A model generated the notes under the pieces. The model was given only the letters and a program-made list of their open reading frames with translations, was not told where the DNA came from and searched no databases. A stretch of DNA of 64,000 bases, from the NCBI GenBank assembly GCA_964016885.1, contig OZ024743.1:128650001-128714000 (forward strand). The letters run 5' to 3'. Below, one piece after another: positions 38,425 to 53,546 of the stretch. Position numbers and translations under genes: made by a program. The stretch's first letter is position 1. Every line of letters starts with the position of its first letter. This stretch comes from Eledone cirrhosa (Eukaryota).

Positions 38425-40257
38425 CATTTTTTTTTATCTGTTTTAAATCTTAGTTTCTTATTATATTCTGTTTTACTTATTGCATTATATCAAAATATTA
38501 ACCTGTTATTTGGCAGTCTAAATGCTTGCGAAATATAACACATGTAACATTTAATTTCAATATTATAAGAATCAAATATTGGTCTCTAATTTAATCGAAT
38601 ACTACAGATTTCCCCTATTTTTTAAGTGATAGTGTGAAAGTTGCGTGATATTTGGTTAGTATTTTTAGCAGGTTAATAACCACATATACGCACTGCCACC
38701 GGTTTGAATATTTTCAGGCTGGTCAAGTGTTGTAAAAAGGAACACATAACGAAGGCCAGCACTGCGCATGTGTGTCCTATAGGAGTGAACCTGCAGCAAT
38801 TTAAACCGAACATTCACAGAATCAATCTAATCGGTCTTGGAGAACCTGCAATAGTCAACGATACAACTGCTTCCTCCAGATCTAACGGGAAAATGCACAA
38901 TCTTTATTTAGGTGCCACTAATGTCTACGTTTAAAATATTATAGTAGCAAGAAGTTCTATGTTTGAGATACACGACACGAGTCAAATGCGAAAGCAAAAT
39001 ATGGAACGTAGAATCACAATTTGGTATATATTCTTCTAATTTCATTTATGACGACATGGGGAATTGATAACATCCTCATAAAATATGATATTCCCAAGAA
39101 AATAGTAGATGTATCACTAACTCCTTACGGACAACTCACGCTGCACACCAAGTCCGAACACAAAAGGGCCTTACTCCCACTCTCATCGGCTCAATCTCTC
39201 TCGCACTGGCCATCTCTCTCTATTATGAGCAAATGGGATCCCACGTGCTGGCTACCCCATGGCCCGGGCCGAAAGAATAAGAGAAGGTGTTTACCCGGAA
39301 GATGGTAAGGGAGATGCGTTAGAAAAGCCATTCCATCTCGCGAAGCTCACACCTGCTGCTAGTGAGCTCAGCGCATATGGTGGTGAGTATGGAGGAGAGC
39401 TTAGGGCCAAGGACCCAAGAAAGAAGTGTCCACTACTAGGGCATCGACTCCAAACCTCTCGGAGAGCGACCGATACTTCGAATAACAGCAATGTGGTCAT
39501 TTTAGCAGAAACTATGAATAAATTTGTCAAAAGTGAGATATTGAATGGGATTTTAATTAATTTATTTAACAAGTTTATAAAATATATAAATTTAAATTGA
39601 CATTAAGGTTGCGAATTGACAGTCCATAGAAGATAAAACTAAATTACTCTCCTTATTTGTTCTGGCTCAACGCTGAGACCAGCTCACGCCGAGATCAACA
39701 TTACCTCTTATTCGTTCTGTGTGGATAAAACAAGTTCGGAAGTAGCGCATTGGTGCAATTATTTGAGTGCCGAACAAATACCGGAAATAATTTGTTCCAG
39801 CTCTTTACGTGTTGAATTCAAACCACGCTGTAGTTTATTTGGTGGTAAATTTTAATATGTCACCTTGTTTGACACCACCAACTAGACCTTGGTTGTCTCT
39901 CAGATCTCCAGTCTGAAGATATCTTCCTCCCTCCTCGGGCTTCTAAACAGATTCATGGACACTGCTCTTCCCTGGCATCTGGAAATTTCATCAGAAACTA
40001 TTAGTAATATATATAAAGAATTGTGAGGTTAAACTTAAGGGTAAAATGTATCTTTCACTATGTTATTCCTAGGCCTCTCTTTTCTTATAAAATAGTTAGT
40101 GGATTTTTATAAGGAGCTGAATAAGAAAATCATTTGAGTGATATAATTGGGGTTTGATTCAGTTTTCAAAAACTGCACGCCAAAAAAGAAGACAAAAAAA
40201 CCCCCAAATAAATCTATTACAGAATGAATGATTATTATTTCCCTTGTTATTTCAGCA

Positions 40258-40330
40258 GCCCGGCTAGCTCAGTCGGTAGAGCACGAGACTCTTAATCTCG
40301 GGGTCGTGGGTTCGAGCCCCACGTTGGGCG
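40258..40330 (+). tRNA. trnK-CTT: tRNA-Lys(CTT) copy 6, intact
   Basis: Identical to the solo copy. Confidence 0.96.
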
Positions 40331-42155
40331 AAATGTTTTTATCTGTTTTAAATCTTAGTTTCTTATATTCTGTTTTACTTCTTGCTTTATATGACAATAT
40401 GAACCTCTGATTTAGCAGTCTCACCCTTCCGAAATATAACACATGTAACATTTAATTTCGATATTATAAGAAACAAATACTGGTCTCTAATTTAATCGAA
40501 TACTACAGCTTTCCCCTATTTTTTAAGCGATAGTGTGAAAGTTGTGTGATATTTGGTTAGTATTTCTAGCAGGTTGATAACCACATATACGCACTGTCAC
40601 CGGTTTGAATATTGTCAGGCTGGTCAAGTGTTGTAAAAAGGAAAACATAACGAAGGCCACCACTGCGCATGTGTGTCCTATAGGAGAGGAACCTGCAGCA
40701 ATTTAAACCAAACATTCACAGAATCAATCTAATCGGTCTTGGAGAACCTGCAATAGTCAAGGACACAACTGCTTCCTCCAGATCTAACGGGAAAATGCAC
40801 AATCTTTATTTAGGTGCCACTAATGTCTACGTCTAAAATATTATAGTAGCAAGAAGTTCAATGTTTGAGATACACGACACGAGTCAAATGCGAAAGCAAA
40901 CATGGAACGTAGCGTCACAATTTGGTATATATTCTTCTAATTTCATTTATGACGACATGGGGAATTGATAACATCCTCATAAAATATGATACTCCCAAGA
41001 AAATAGTAGATGAATCACTACCTTCTTACTGACAACTCACGCTGCACACCAGGTCCGAACACAAAAGAGCCTTACTTCCACTCTCATCGGCTCCATCTCT
41101 CTCGCACTCCCCACATCTCTATTATGAGCTAATGGGGTCAAACGTGCTGGCCACCCCATGGCCCAGGGGGAAAGAATAAGAGAAGCGTTTACCCGGAATA
41201 TGGTAAGTGAGATGCGCTAGAAAAGCCATTCCATCTCGCGAGGCTCACACCTGCTGCTAGCAAGCTCAGCGCATATGGTGGTAAGTATGGAGGAGAGTTT
41301 AGGGCCAAGGACCCAAGAAAGAAGTCTCCAATGCTAGGGGATCGACTCTAAACCCGTTGGAGAGCGACTGATACTTCGAATAACAGCAACGTGGTCATTT
41401 TAGCAGAAACTATAAATAAACTTTTCAAAAGTGAGATATTCAATGGGATTTGAATTTCTTTATTTAACAAGTTTTTAAAATATATAGATATAAATTGACA
41501 TTAAGGTTGCGAATTGACAGTCGACAGAAGATAAGACTAAATTACTCTCCATATTTGTTCTGGCTCAACGCTGAGTCCAGCTCACGCCGAGATCAACTTT
41601 ACCTCTTATTCGTTCTGTGTGGATAAAACAAGTTCGGAAGTAGCGCATTGATGCAATTATTTGAGTGCAGAACAAATACCGGAAATAATTTGTTCCAGCT
41701 CTTTACATGTTGAATTCAAACCACGCTGTAGTTTATTTGGTGGTAAATTTTAATATGTCACCTTGTTTGACACCACCAACTAGACCTTGGTTGCCTCTCA
41801 GATCTCCAGTCTGAAGATATCTTCCTCCCTCCTCGGGCTTCTAAACAGATTCATGGACACTGCTCTCCCCTGGCATCTGGAAAATTCATCAGAAACTATT
41901 AGTAATATATATAAAGAATTGTGAGGTTAAACTTAAGTGTAAAATGTATCTTTCACTATGTTATTCCTATGCCTCTCATTTCTTATAAAATAGTTGGTGG
42001 ATTTTATATCGATCTGAATGAGAAAATCGTTTGAGTGATTTAATTGGTGTTTGATTCAGTTTTCAATAACTGCACGCCAAAAAAAGAAGACAAAAAAACT
42101 CCCAAATAAATCTATTACAGAATGAATGATTATTATTTCCCTTGTTGTTTCAGCA

Positions 42156-42228
42156 GCCCGGCTAGCTCAGTCGGTAGAGCACGAGACTCTTAATCTCGGG
42201 GTCGTGGGTTCGAGCCCCACGTTGGGCG
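42156..42228 (+). tRNA. trnK-CTT: tRNA-Lys(CTT) copy 7, intact
   Basis: Identical to the solo copy. Confidence 0.96.
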
Positions 42229-44057
42229 AAATATTTTTATCTGTTTTAAATCTTAGTTTCTTATTATATTCTGTTTTACTTATTGCATTATATCAAAATA
42301 TGAACCTGTTATTTGGCAGTCTCACCCTTCCGAAATATAATACATGTAACATTTAATTTCCATATTATAAGAATCAAATATTGGTCTCTAATTTAATCGA
42401 ATACTACAGCTTTCCCCTATTTTTTAAGCGATAGTGTGAAAGTTGTGTGATATTTACTTAGTATTTCTAACAGGTTGATAACCACATATAAGCACTGTCA
42501 CCGGTTTGAATATTGTCAGGCTGGTCAAGTGTTTTAAAAAGGGACACATAACGAAGGCCAGCACTGCACATGTGTATCCTACAGAAGTCAACCTACAGCA
42601 ATTTAAACCAAACATTCACAGAATCAATCTAATCGGTCTTGGAGAACCTGCAATAGTCAAGGACGCAACAGCTTCCTCCATATCTAACGGGAAAATGCAC
42701 AATCTTTATTTAGGTGCCACTAATGTCTACGTTTAAAATATTATAGTAGCAAGAAGTTCTATGTTTGAGATACACGACACGAGTCAAATGCAAAAGCAAA
42801 ATATGGAACGTAGAATCACAATTTGGTATATATTCTTCTAATTTCATTTATGACGACATGGGGAATTGATAACATCCTCATAAAATATGATACTCCCTAG
42901 ATAATAGTAGATGAATCACTACCTCCTTACGGACAACTCCCGCTGCACACCAAGTCCGAACACAAAAGGGCCTTACTCCCACTCTCATCGGCTCCATCTC
43001 TCTCGCACTCCCCATCTCTCTCTATTATGAGCAAATGGGGTCCCACATGCTGGCCACCCCATGGCCCCGGGGAACAGAATGGAGAAGGCGTTACCCCGAA
43101 AGATGGTAAGGGAGATGCGCTAGAAAAGCCCTTCCATCTCGCCAGGCGTACACCTGCCGCTAGCGAGCTCAGCGCATTTGTTGGTAAGTATGGAGGAGAG
43201 CTTAGGGCCAAGGACCCAAGAAAGAAGTCTCCCCTGCTTGGGGATCGACTCCAAAGCTATCGGAGAGCGACCGATACTTCGAATAACAGCAACGTGGTCA
43301 TTTTAGCAGATACTATAAATAAACTTGTCAAAAGTGAGATATTCAATGGGATTTTAATTAATTTATTTAACAAGTTTATAAAATATATAGATATAAATTG
43401 ACATTAAGTTTGCGAATTGACAGCCGACAGAAGATAAGACTAAATTACTCTCCATATTTGTTCTGGCTCAACGCTGAGTCCAGCTCACGCCGAGATCAAC
43501 TTTACCTCTTATTCGTTCTGTGTGGATAAAACAAGTTCGGAAGTAGCGCATTGATGCAATTATTTGAGTGCCGAACAAATACCGGAAATAATTTGTTCCA
43601 GCTCTTTACGTGTTGAACTCAAACCACGCTGTAGTTTATTTGGTGGTAAATTTTAATATGTCACCTTGTTTGACACCACCAACTAGACCTGGGTTGCCTC
43701 TCATATCTCCAGTTTGAAGATATCTTCCTCCCTTCTCGGGCTTCTAAACAGATTCATGGACACTGCACTCCCTTGGCATCTGGAAATTTCATCAGAAACT
43801 ATTAGTAATATATATAAAGAATTGTGAGGTTAAAATTAAGGGTAAAATGTATCTTTCACTATGTTATTCCTATGCCTCTCTTTTCTTATAAAATAGTTGG
43901 TGGATTTTATATCGATCTGAATAAGAAAATCGTTTGAGTGATTTAATTGGGGTTTGATTCAGTTTTCAAAAACTGCACGCCAAAAAAGAAGACAAAAAAA
44001 CCCCCAAATAAATCTATTACAGAATGAATGATTAGCATTTCCCTTGCAATTTCGGCA

Positions 44058-44130
44058 GCCCGGCTAGCTCAGTCGGTAGAGCACGAGACTCTTAATCTCG
44101 GGGTCGTGGGTTCGAGCCCCACGTTGGGCG
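44058..44130 (+). tRNA. trnK-CTT: tRNA-Lys(CTT) copy 8, intact
   Basis: Identical to the solo copy. Confidence 0.96.
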
Positions 44131-45963
44131 CATTTTTTTTTATCTGTTTTAAATCTTAGTTTCTTATTATATTCTGTTTTACTTATTGCATTATATCAAA
44201 ATATTAACCTGTTATTTGGCAGTCTAAATGCTTGCGAAATATAACACATGTAACATTTAATTTCGATATTATAAGAATCAAATATTGGTCTCTAATTTAA
44301 TCGAATACTACAGATTTCCCCTATTTTTTAAGTGATAGTGTGAAAGTTGCGTGATATTTGGTTAGTATTTTTAGCAGGTTAATAACCACATATACGCACT
44401 GCCACCGGTTTGAATATTTTCAGGCTGGTCAAGTGTTGTAAAAAGGAACACATAACGAAGGCCAGCACTGCGCATGTGTGTCCTATAGGAGTGAACCTGC
44501 AGCAATTTAAACCGAACATTCACAGAATCAATCTAATCGGTCTTGGAGAACCTGCAATAGTCAACGATACAACTGCTTCCTCCAGATCTAACGGGAAAAT
44601 GCACAATCTTTATTTAGGTGCCACTAATGTCTACGTTTAAAATATTATAGTAGCAAGAAGTTCTATGTTTGAGATACACGACACGAGTCAAATGCGAAAG
44701 CAAAATATGGAACGTAGAATCACAATTTGGTATATATTCTTCTAATTTCATTTATGACGACATGGGGAATTGATAACATCCTCATAAAATATGATATTCC
44801 CAAGAAAATAGTAGATGTATCACTAACTCCTTACGGACAACTCACGCTGCACACCAAGTCCGAACACAAAAGGGCCTTACTCCCACTCTCATCGGCTCAA
44901 TCTCTCTCGCACTGGCCATCTCTCTCTATTATGAGCAAATGGGATCCCACGTGCTGGCTACCCCATGGCCCGGGCCGAAAGAATAAGAGAAGGTGTTTAC
45001 CCGGAAGATGGTAAGGGAGATGCGTTAGAAAAGCCATTCCATCTCGCGAAGCTCACACCTGCTGCTAGTGAGCTCAGCGCATATGGTGGTGAGTATGGAG
45101 GAGAGCTTAGGGCCAAGGACCCAAGAAAGAAGTGTCCACTACTAGGGGATCGACTCCAAACCTCTCGGAGAGCGACCGATACTTCGAATAACAGCAATGT
45201 GGTCATTTTAGCAGAAACTATGAATAAATTTGTCAAAAGTGAGATATTGAATGGGATTTTAATTAATTTATTTAACAAGTTTATAAAATATATAAATTTA
45301 AATTGACATTAAGGTTGCGAATTGACAGTCCATAGAAGATAAAACTAAATTACTCTCCTTATTTGTTCTGGCTCAACGCTGAGACCAGCTCACGCCGAGA
45401 TCAACATTACCTCTTATTCGTTCTGTGTGGATAAAACAAGTTCGGAAGTAGCGCATTGGTGCAATTATTTGAGTGCCGAACAAATACCGGAAATAATTTG
45501 TTCCAGCTCTTTACGTGTTGAATTCAAACCACGCTGTAGTTTATTTGGTGGTAAATTTTAATATGTCACCTTGTTTGACACCACCAACTAGACCTTGGTT
45601 GTCTCTCAGATCTCCAGTCTGAAGATATCTACCTCCCTCCTCGGGCTTCTAAACAGATTCATGGACACTGCTCTTCCCTGGCATCTGGAAATTTCATCAG
45701 AAACTATTAGTAATATATATAAAGAATTGTGAGGTTAAACTTAAGGGTAAAATGTATCTTTCACTATGTTATTCCTAGGCCTCTCTTTTCTTATAAAATA
45801 GTTAGTGGATTTTTATAAGGAGCTGAATAAGAAAATCATTTGAGTGATATAATTGGGGTTTGATTCAGTTTTCAAAAACTGCACGCCAAAAAAGAAGACA
45901 AAAAAACCCCCAAATAAATCTATTACAGAATGAATGATTATTATTTCCATTGTTATTTCAGCA

Positions 45964-46036
45964 GCCCGGCTAGCTCAGTCGGTAGAGCACGAGACACTTA
46001 ATCTCGGGGTCGTGGGTTCGAGCCCCATGTTGGGCG
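45964..46036 (+). tRNA. trnK-CTT: tRNA-Lys(CTT) copy 9, variant (possibly impaired)
   Basis: Invariant U33>A (loop CACTTAA) and a T-stem C>T wobble. Confidence 0.7.
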
Positions 46037-47860
46037 AAATGTTTTTATCTGTTTTAAATCTTAGTTTCTTATATTCTGTTTTACATCTTGCTTTATATGA
46101 CAATATGAACCTCTGATTTAGCAGTCTCACCCTTCCGAAATATAACACATGTAACATTTAATTTCGATATTATAAGAAACAAATACTGGTCTCTAATTTA
46201 ATCGAATACTACAGCTTTCCCCTATTTTTTAAGCGATAGTGTGAAAGTTGTGAGATATTTGGTTAGTATTTCTAGCAGGTTGATAACCACATATACGCAC
46301 TGTCACCGGTTTGAATATTGTCAGGCTGGTCAAGTGTTGTAAAAAGGAAAACATAACGAAGGCCACCACTGCGCATGTGTGTCCTATAGGAGAGGAACCT
46401 GCAGCAATTTAAACCAAACATTCACAGAATCAATCTAATCGGTCTTGGAGAACCTGCAATAGTCAAGGACACAACTGCTTCCTCCAGATCTAACGGGAAA
46501 ATGCACAATCTTTATTTAGGTGCCACTAATGTCTACGTCTAAAATATTATAGTAGCAAGAAGTTCAATGTTTGAGATACACGACACGAGTCAAATGCGAA
46601 AGCAAACATGGAACGTAGCGTCACAATTTGGTATATATTCTTCTAATTTCATTTATGACGACATGGGGAATTGATAACATCCTCATAAAATATGATACTC
46701 CCAAGAAAATAGTAGATGAATCACTACCTTCTTACTGACAACTCACGCTGCACACCAGGTCCGAACACAAAAGAGCCTTACTTCCACTCTCATCGGCTCC
46801 ATCTCTCTCGCACTCCCCACATCTCTATTATGAGCTAATGGGGTCAAACGTGCTGGCCACCACATGGCCCAGGGGGAAAGAATAAGAGAAGCGTTTACCC
46901 GGAATATGGTAAGTGAGATGCGCTAGAAAAGCCATTCCATCTCGCGAGGCTCACACCTGCTGCTAGCAAGCTCAGCGCATATGGTGGTAAGTATGGAGGA
47001 GAGTTTAGGGCCAAGGACCCAAGAAAGAAGTCTCCAATGCTAGGGGATCGACTCTAAACCCGTTGGAGAGCGACTGATACTTCGAATAACAGCAACGTGG
47101 TCATTTTAGCAGAAACTATAAATAAACTTTTCAAAAGTGAGATATTCAATGGGATTTGAATTTCTTTATTTAACAAGTTTATAAAATATATAGATATAAA
47201 TTGACATTAAGGTTGCGAATTGACAGTCGACAGAAGATAAGACTAAATTACTCTCCATATTTGTTCTGGCTCAACGCTGAGTCCAGCTCACGCCGAGATC
47301 AACTTTACCTCTTATTCGTTCTGTGTGGATAAAACAAGTTCGGAAGTAGCGCATTGATGCAATTATTTGAGTACGGAACAAATACCGGAAATAATTTGTT
47401 CCAGCTCTTTACGTGTTGAATTCAAACCACGCTGTAGTTTATTTGGTGGTAAATTTTAATATGTCACCTTGTTTGACACCACCAACTAGACCTTGGTTGC
47501 CTCTCAGATCTCCAGTCTGAAGATATCTTCCTCCCTCCTCGGGCTTCTAAACAGATTCATGGACACTGCTCTCCCCTGGCATCTGGAAAATTCATCAGAA
47601 ACTATTAGTAATATATATAAAGAATTGTGAGGTTAAACTTAAGGGTAAAATGTATCTTTCACTATGTTATTCCTATGCCTCTCTTTTCTTATAAAATTGT
47701 TGGTGGATTTTATATCGATCTGAATGAGAAAATCGTTTGAGTGATTTAATTGGGGTTTGATTCAGTTTTCAATAACTGCACGCCAAAAAAGAAGACAAAA
47801 AAACTCCCAAATAAATCTATTACAGAATGAATGATTATTATTTCCCTTGTTATTTCAGCA

Positions 47861-47933
47861 GCCCGGCTAGCTCAGTCGGTAGAGCACGAGACTCTTAATC
47901 TCGGGGTCGTGGGTTCGAGCCCCACGTTGGGCG
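47861..47933 (+). tRNA. trnK-CTT: tRNA-Lys(CTT) copy 10, intact
   Basis: Identical to the solo copy. Confidence 0.96.
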
Positions 47934-49763
47934 AAATATTTTTATCTGTTTTAAATCTTAGTTTCTTATTATATTCTGTTTTACTTATTGCATTATATCA
48001 AAATATGAACCTGTTATTTGGCAGTCTCACCCTTCCGAAATATAATACATGTAACATTTAATTTCCATATTATAAGAATCAAATATTGGTCTCTAATTTA
48101 ATCGAATACTACAGCTTTCCCCTATTTTTTAAGCGATAGTGTGAAAGTTGTGTGATATTTACTTAGTATTTCTAGCAGGTTGATAACCACATATACGCAC
48201 TGTCACCGGTTTGAATTTTGTCAGGCTGGTCAAGTGTTTTAAAAAGGGACACATAACGAAGGCCAGCACTGCACATGTGTATCCTACAGAAGTCAACCTA
48301 CAGCAATTTAAACCAAACATTCACAGAATCAATCTAATCGGTCTTGGAGAACCTGCAATAGTCAAGGACGCAACAGCTTCCTCCATATCTAACGGGAAAA
48401 TGCACAATCTTTATTTAGGTGCCACTAATGTCTACGTTTAAAATATTATAGTAGCAAGAAGTTCTATGTTTGAGATACACGACACGAGTCAAATGCAAAA
48501 GCAAAATATGGAACGTAGAATCACAATTTGGTATATATTCTTCTAATTTCATTTATGACGACATGGGGAATTGATAACATCCTCATAAAATATGATACTC
48601 CCTAGATAATAGTAGATGAATCACTACCTCCTTACGGACAACTCCCGCTGCACACCAAGTCCGAACACAAAAGGGCCTTACTCCCACTCTCATCGGCTCC
48701 ATCTCTCTCGCACTCCCCATCTCTCTCTATTATGAGCAAATGGGGTCCCACATGCTGGCCACCCCATGGCCCCGGGGAACAGAATGGAGAAGGCGTTACC
48801 CCGAAAGATGGTAAGGGAGATGCGCTAGAAAAGCCCTTCCATCTCGCCAGGCGTACACCTGCCGCTAGCGAGCTCAGCGCATTTGGTGGTAAGTATGGAG
48901 GAGAGCTTAGGGCCAAGGACCCAAGAAAGAAGTCTCCCCTGCTTGGGGATCGACTCCAAAGCTATCGGAGAGCGACCGATACTTCGAATAACAGCAACGT
49001 GGTCATTTTAGCAGATACTATAAATAAACTTGTCAAAAGTGAGATATTCAATGGGATTTTAATTAATTTATTTAACAAGTTTATAAAATATACAGATATA
49101 AATTGACATTAAGTTTGCGAATTGACAGCCGACAGAAGATAAGACTAAATTACTCTCCATATTTGTTCTGGCTCAACGCTGAGTCCAGCTCACGCCGAGA
49201 TCAACTTTACCTCTTATTCGTTCTGTGTGGATAAAACAAGTTCGGAAGTAGCGCATTGATGCAATTATTTGAGTGCCGAACAAATACCGGAAATAATTTG
49301 TTCCAGCTCTTTACGTGTTGAACTCAAACCACGCTGTAGTTTATTTGGTGGTAAATTTTAATATGTCACCTTGTTTGACACCACCAACTAGACCTGGGTT
49401 GCCTCTCAGATCTCCAGTTTGAAGATATCTTCCTCCCTTCTCGGGCTTCTAAACAGATTCATGGACACTGCACTCCCTTGGCATCTGGAAATTTCATCAG
49501 AAACTATTAGTAATATATACAAAGAATTGTGAGGTTAAAATTAAGGGTAAAATGTATCTTTCACTATGTTATTCCTATGCCTCTCTTTTCTTATAAAATA
49601 GTTGGTGGATTTTATATCGATCTGAATAAGAAAATCGTTTGAGTGATTTAATTGGGGTTTGATTCAGTTTTCAAAAACTGCACGCCAAAAAACAAGACAA
49701 AAAACCCCCCCAAATAAATCTATTACAGAATGATTGATTATTATTTCCATTGTTATTTCATGA

Positions 49764-49836
49764 GCCTGGCTAGCTCAGTCGGTAGAGCACGAGACTCTTA
49801 ATCTCGGGGTCGTGGGTTCGAGCCCCACGTTGGGCG
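49764..49836 (+). tRNA. trnK-CTT: tRNA-Lys(CTT) copy 11, near-intact
   Basis: Only C4>T (G:U wobble). Confidence 0.9.
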
Positions 49837-51645
49837 CATTTTTTTTTATCTGTTTTAAATCTTAGTTTCTTATTATATTCTGTTTTACTTATTGCTTTAT
49901 ATGACGATATGTACCTCTTATTTGGCAGTCTCACCCTTCCGAAATATAACACATGTAACATTTAATTTCGATATTATAAGAATCAAATACTGGTCTCTAA
50001 TTTAATCGAATACTACAGATTTCCCCTATTTTTTAAGTGATAGTGTGAAAGTTGTGTGATATTTGGTTAGTATTTCTAGCAGGTTAATAACCACATATAC
50101 GTACTGTCACCGAATTGAATATTTTCAGGCTGGTCAAATGTTTTAAAAAGGAACACATAACGAAGGCCAGCACTGCGCATGTGTGTTCTATAGGAGTCAA
50201 CCTGCAGCAATTTAAACCAAACATTCACAGAATCAATCTAATCGGTCTTGGAGAAGCTGCAATAGTCAAGGACACAACTGCTTCCTCCAGATCTAACGGG
50301 AAAATGCACAATCTTTATTTAGGTGCCACTAATGTCTACGTTTAAAATATTATAGTAGCAAAAGTTCTATGTTTGAGATACACGCCACGAGTCAAATGCG
50401 AAACAAAATATGGAACGTAGAATCACAATTTGGTATATATTCTTCTAACTTCATTTATGACGACATGGGGAATTGATAACATCCTCATAAAATATAATAC
50501 TCCCAAGAAAATAGTAGATGAATCACTACCTCCTTACGGACAACTCACGCTGCACACCAAGTCCGAAGACAAAAGGGCCTTACTCCCACTCTCATCGGCT
50601 CCATCTCTCTCGCACTCCCCATCTCTCTCTATTATGAGCAAATGGGATCCCACGTGCTGGCTACCCCATGGCCCGGGCCGAAAGAATAAGAGGAGGTGTT
50701 TACCCGGAAGATGGTAAGGGAGATGCGTTAGAAAAGCCATTCCATCTCGCGAAGCTCACACCTGCTGCTAGCGAGCTCAGCGCATATGGTGGTGAGTATG
50801 GAGGAGAGCTTAGGGCCAAAGACCCAACGGGATCGACTCCAAACCTATCGGAGAGCGACCGATACTTCGAATAACAGCAACGTGGTCATTTTAGCAGAAA
50901 CTATGAATACATTTGTCAAAAGTGAGATAATTTATGGGATTTGAATTAATTTATTTAACAAGTTTATAAAATATATAGATAGAAATTGACATTAAGGTTG
51001 CGAATTGACAGTCGACAGAAGATAAGACTAAATTACTCTCCATATTTGTTCTGGCTCAACGCTGAGTCCAGCTCACGCCGAGATCAACTTTACCTCTCAT
51101 TCGTTCTGTGTGGATAAAACAAGTTCGGAAGTAGCGCATTGATGCAATTATTTGAGTGCAGAACAAATACCGGAAATAATTTGTCCAAGCTCTTTACGTG
51201 TTGAATTCAAACCACGCTGTAGTTTATTTGGGTGGTAAAATTTAATATGTCACCTTGTTTGACACCACCAACTAGACCTGGGTTGCCTCTCAGATCTCCA
51301 GTCTGAAGATATCTTCCTCCCTTCTCGGGCTTCTAAACAGATTCATGGACACTGCACTCCTCTGGAATCTGGAAATTTCAACAGAAACTATTAGTAATAT
51401 ATATAAAGAATTGTGAGGTTAAAATTAAGGGTAAAATGTATCTTTCACTATGCTATTCCTATGCCTCTCTTTTCTTATAAAATAGTTGGTGGATTTTATA
51501 TCGATCTGAATAAGAAAATCGTTTGAGTGATTTAATTGGGGTTTGATTCAGTTTTCAATAACTGCACGCCAAAAAAGAAGACAAAAAAAAAACAAATAAA
51601 TCTATTACAGAATGAATGATTATTATTTCCCTGGTTATTTCGGCA

Positions 51646-51718
51646 GCCCGGCTAGCCCAGTCGGTAGAGCACGAGACTCTTAATGTCGGGGTCGTGGGTT
51701 CGAGCCCCACGTTGGGCG
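51646..51718 (+). pseudogene. trnK-CTT: tRNA-Lys(CTT) copy 12, degenerate
   Basis: D-stem T>C and anticodon-stem C>G mismatches. Confidence 0.7.
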
Positions 51719-53546
51719 AAATATTTTTATCTGTTTTAAATCTTAGTTTCTTATGTTCTGTTTTACATATTGCTTTATGTGACGATATGAACCTCTGATT
51801 TAGCAGTCTCACCCTTCCGAAATATAACACATGTAACATTTAATTTCGATATTATAAGAATCAAATATTGGTCGCTAATTTAATCGAATACTACAGATTT
51901 CCCCTATTTTTTAAGTGATAGTGTGAAAGTTGTGTGATATTTTGTTAGTATTTTTAGCAGGTTGATAACCACATATACGCACTGCCACCGGTTTGAATAT
52001 TTTCAGGCTGGTCAAGTGTTGTAAAAAGGAACACATAACGAAGGCCAGCACTGCGCATGTGTGTCCTATAGGAGTGAACCTGCAGCAATTTAAACCGAAC
52101 ATTCACAGAATCAATCTAATCGGTCTTGGAGAACCTGCAATAGTCAACGATACAACTGCTTCCTCCAGATCTAACGGGAAAATGCACAATCTTTATTTAG
52201 GTGCCACTAATGTCTACGTTTAAAATATTATAGTAGCAAGAAGTTCTATGTTTGAGATACACGACACGAGTCAAATGCGAAAGCAAAATATGGAACGTAG
52301 AATCACAATTTGGTATATATTCTTCTAATTTCATTTATGACGACATGGGGAATTGATAACATCCTCATAAAATATGATATTCCCAAGAAAATAGTAGATG
52401 AATCACTACCTCCTTACGGACAACTCAAGCTGCACGCCCAAGTCCGAACACAAAAGGGCCTTACTCCCACTCTCATCGGCTCCATCTCTCTCGCACTGCC
52501 CATCTCTCTCTATTATGAGCAAATGGGATCCCACGTGCTGGCTACCCCATGGCCCGGGCCGAAAGAATAAGAGAAGGTGTTTACCCGGAAGATGGTAAGG
52601 GAGATGCGTTAGAAAAGCCATTCCATCTCGCGAGGCTCACACCTGCTGCTAGCGAGCCCGGCGCATATGGTGGTAAGTATGGAGGAGAGCTTAGGGCCAA
52701 GGACCCAAGAAAGAAGTCTCCCCTGCTTGGGGATCGACTCCAAACCTATCGGAGAGCGACCGATACTTCGAATAACAACGACGTGGTCATTTTAGCAGAA
52801 ACTATGATTAAATTTGTCAAAAGTGAGATATTGAATGGGATTTGAATTAATTTATTTAACAAGTTTTTAAAATATATAGATATAAATTGACATTAAGGTT
52901 GCGAATTGACAGTGGATAGACGATAAGACTAAATTACCCTCCTTATTTGTTCTGGCTCAACGCTGAGTCCAGCTCACGCCGAGATCAACTTTACCTCTCA
53001 TTCGTTCTGTGTGGATAAAACAAGTTCGGAAGTAGCGCATTGATGCAATTATTTGAGTACGGAACAAATACCGGAAATAATTTGTTCCTGCTCTTTACGC
53101 GTTGAACTCAAACCACGCTGTAGTTTATTTGGTGGTAAATTTTAATATGTCACCTTGTTTGACACCACCAAATAGACCTGGGTTGCCTCTCAGAACCCCA
53201 GTTTGAAGATATCTTCCTCCCTCCTCGGGCTTCTAAACAGATTCATGGACACTGCTCTCCCCTGGCATGTGGAAATTTCATCAGAAACTATTAGTAATAT
53301 ATATAAAGAATTGTGAGGTTAAAATTAAGGGTAAAATGTATCTTTCACTATGTTATTCCTATGCCTCTCTTTTCTTATAAAATAGTTGGTGGATTTTATA
53401 TCGATCTGAATAAGAAAATAGTTTGAGTGATTTAATTGTGGTTTGATTCAGTTTTCAAAAACTGCACGCCAAAAAAGAAGCCCCAAAACCCCCCAAATAA
53501 ATCTATTACAGAATGAATGATTATTATTTCCCTTGTTATTTCAGCA

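Larger units (their letters stand above)
32935..49740 (+). repeat. Higher-order repeat: three-monomer unit of ~5706 bp, ~3 copies
   Basis: Every third unit shares diagnostic variants. tRNA offsets 34551>40258>45964, 36449>42156>47861 and 38352>44058>49764 are all 5705-5707 bp. Confidence 0.92.
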
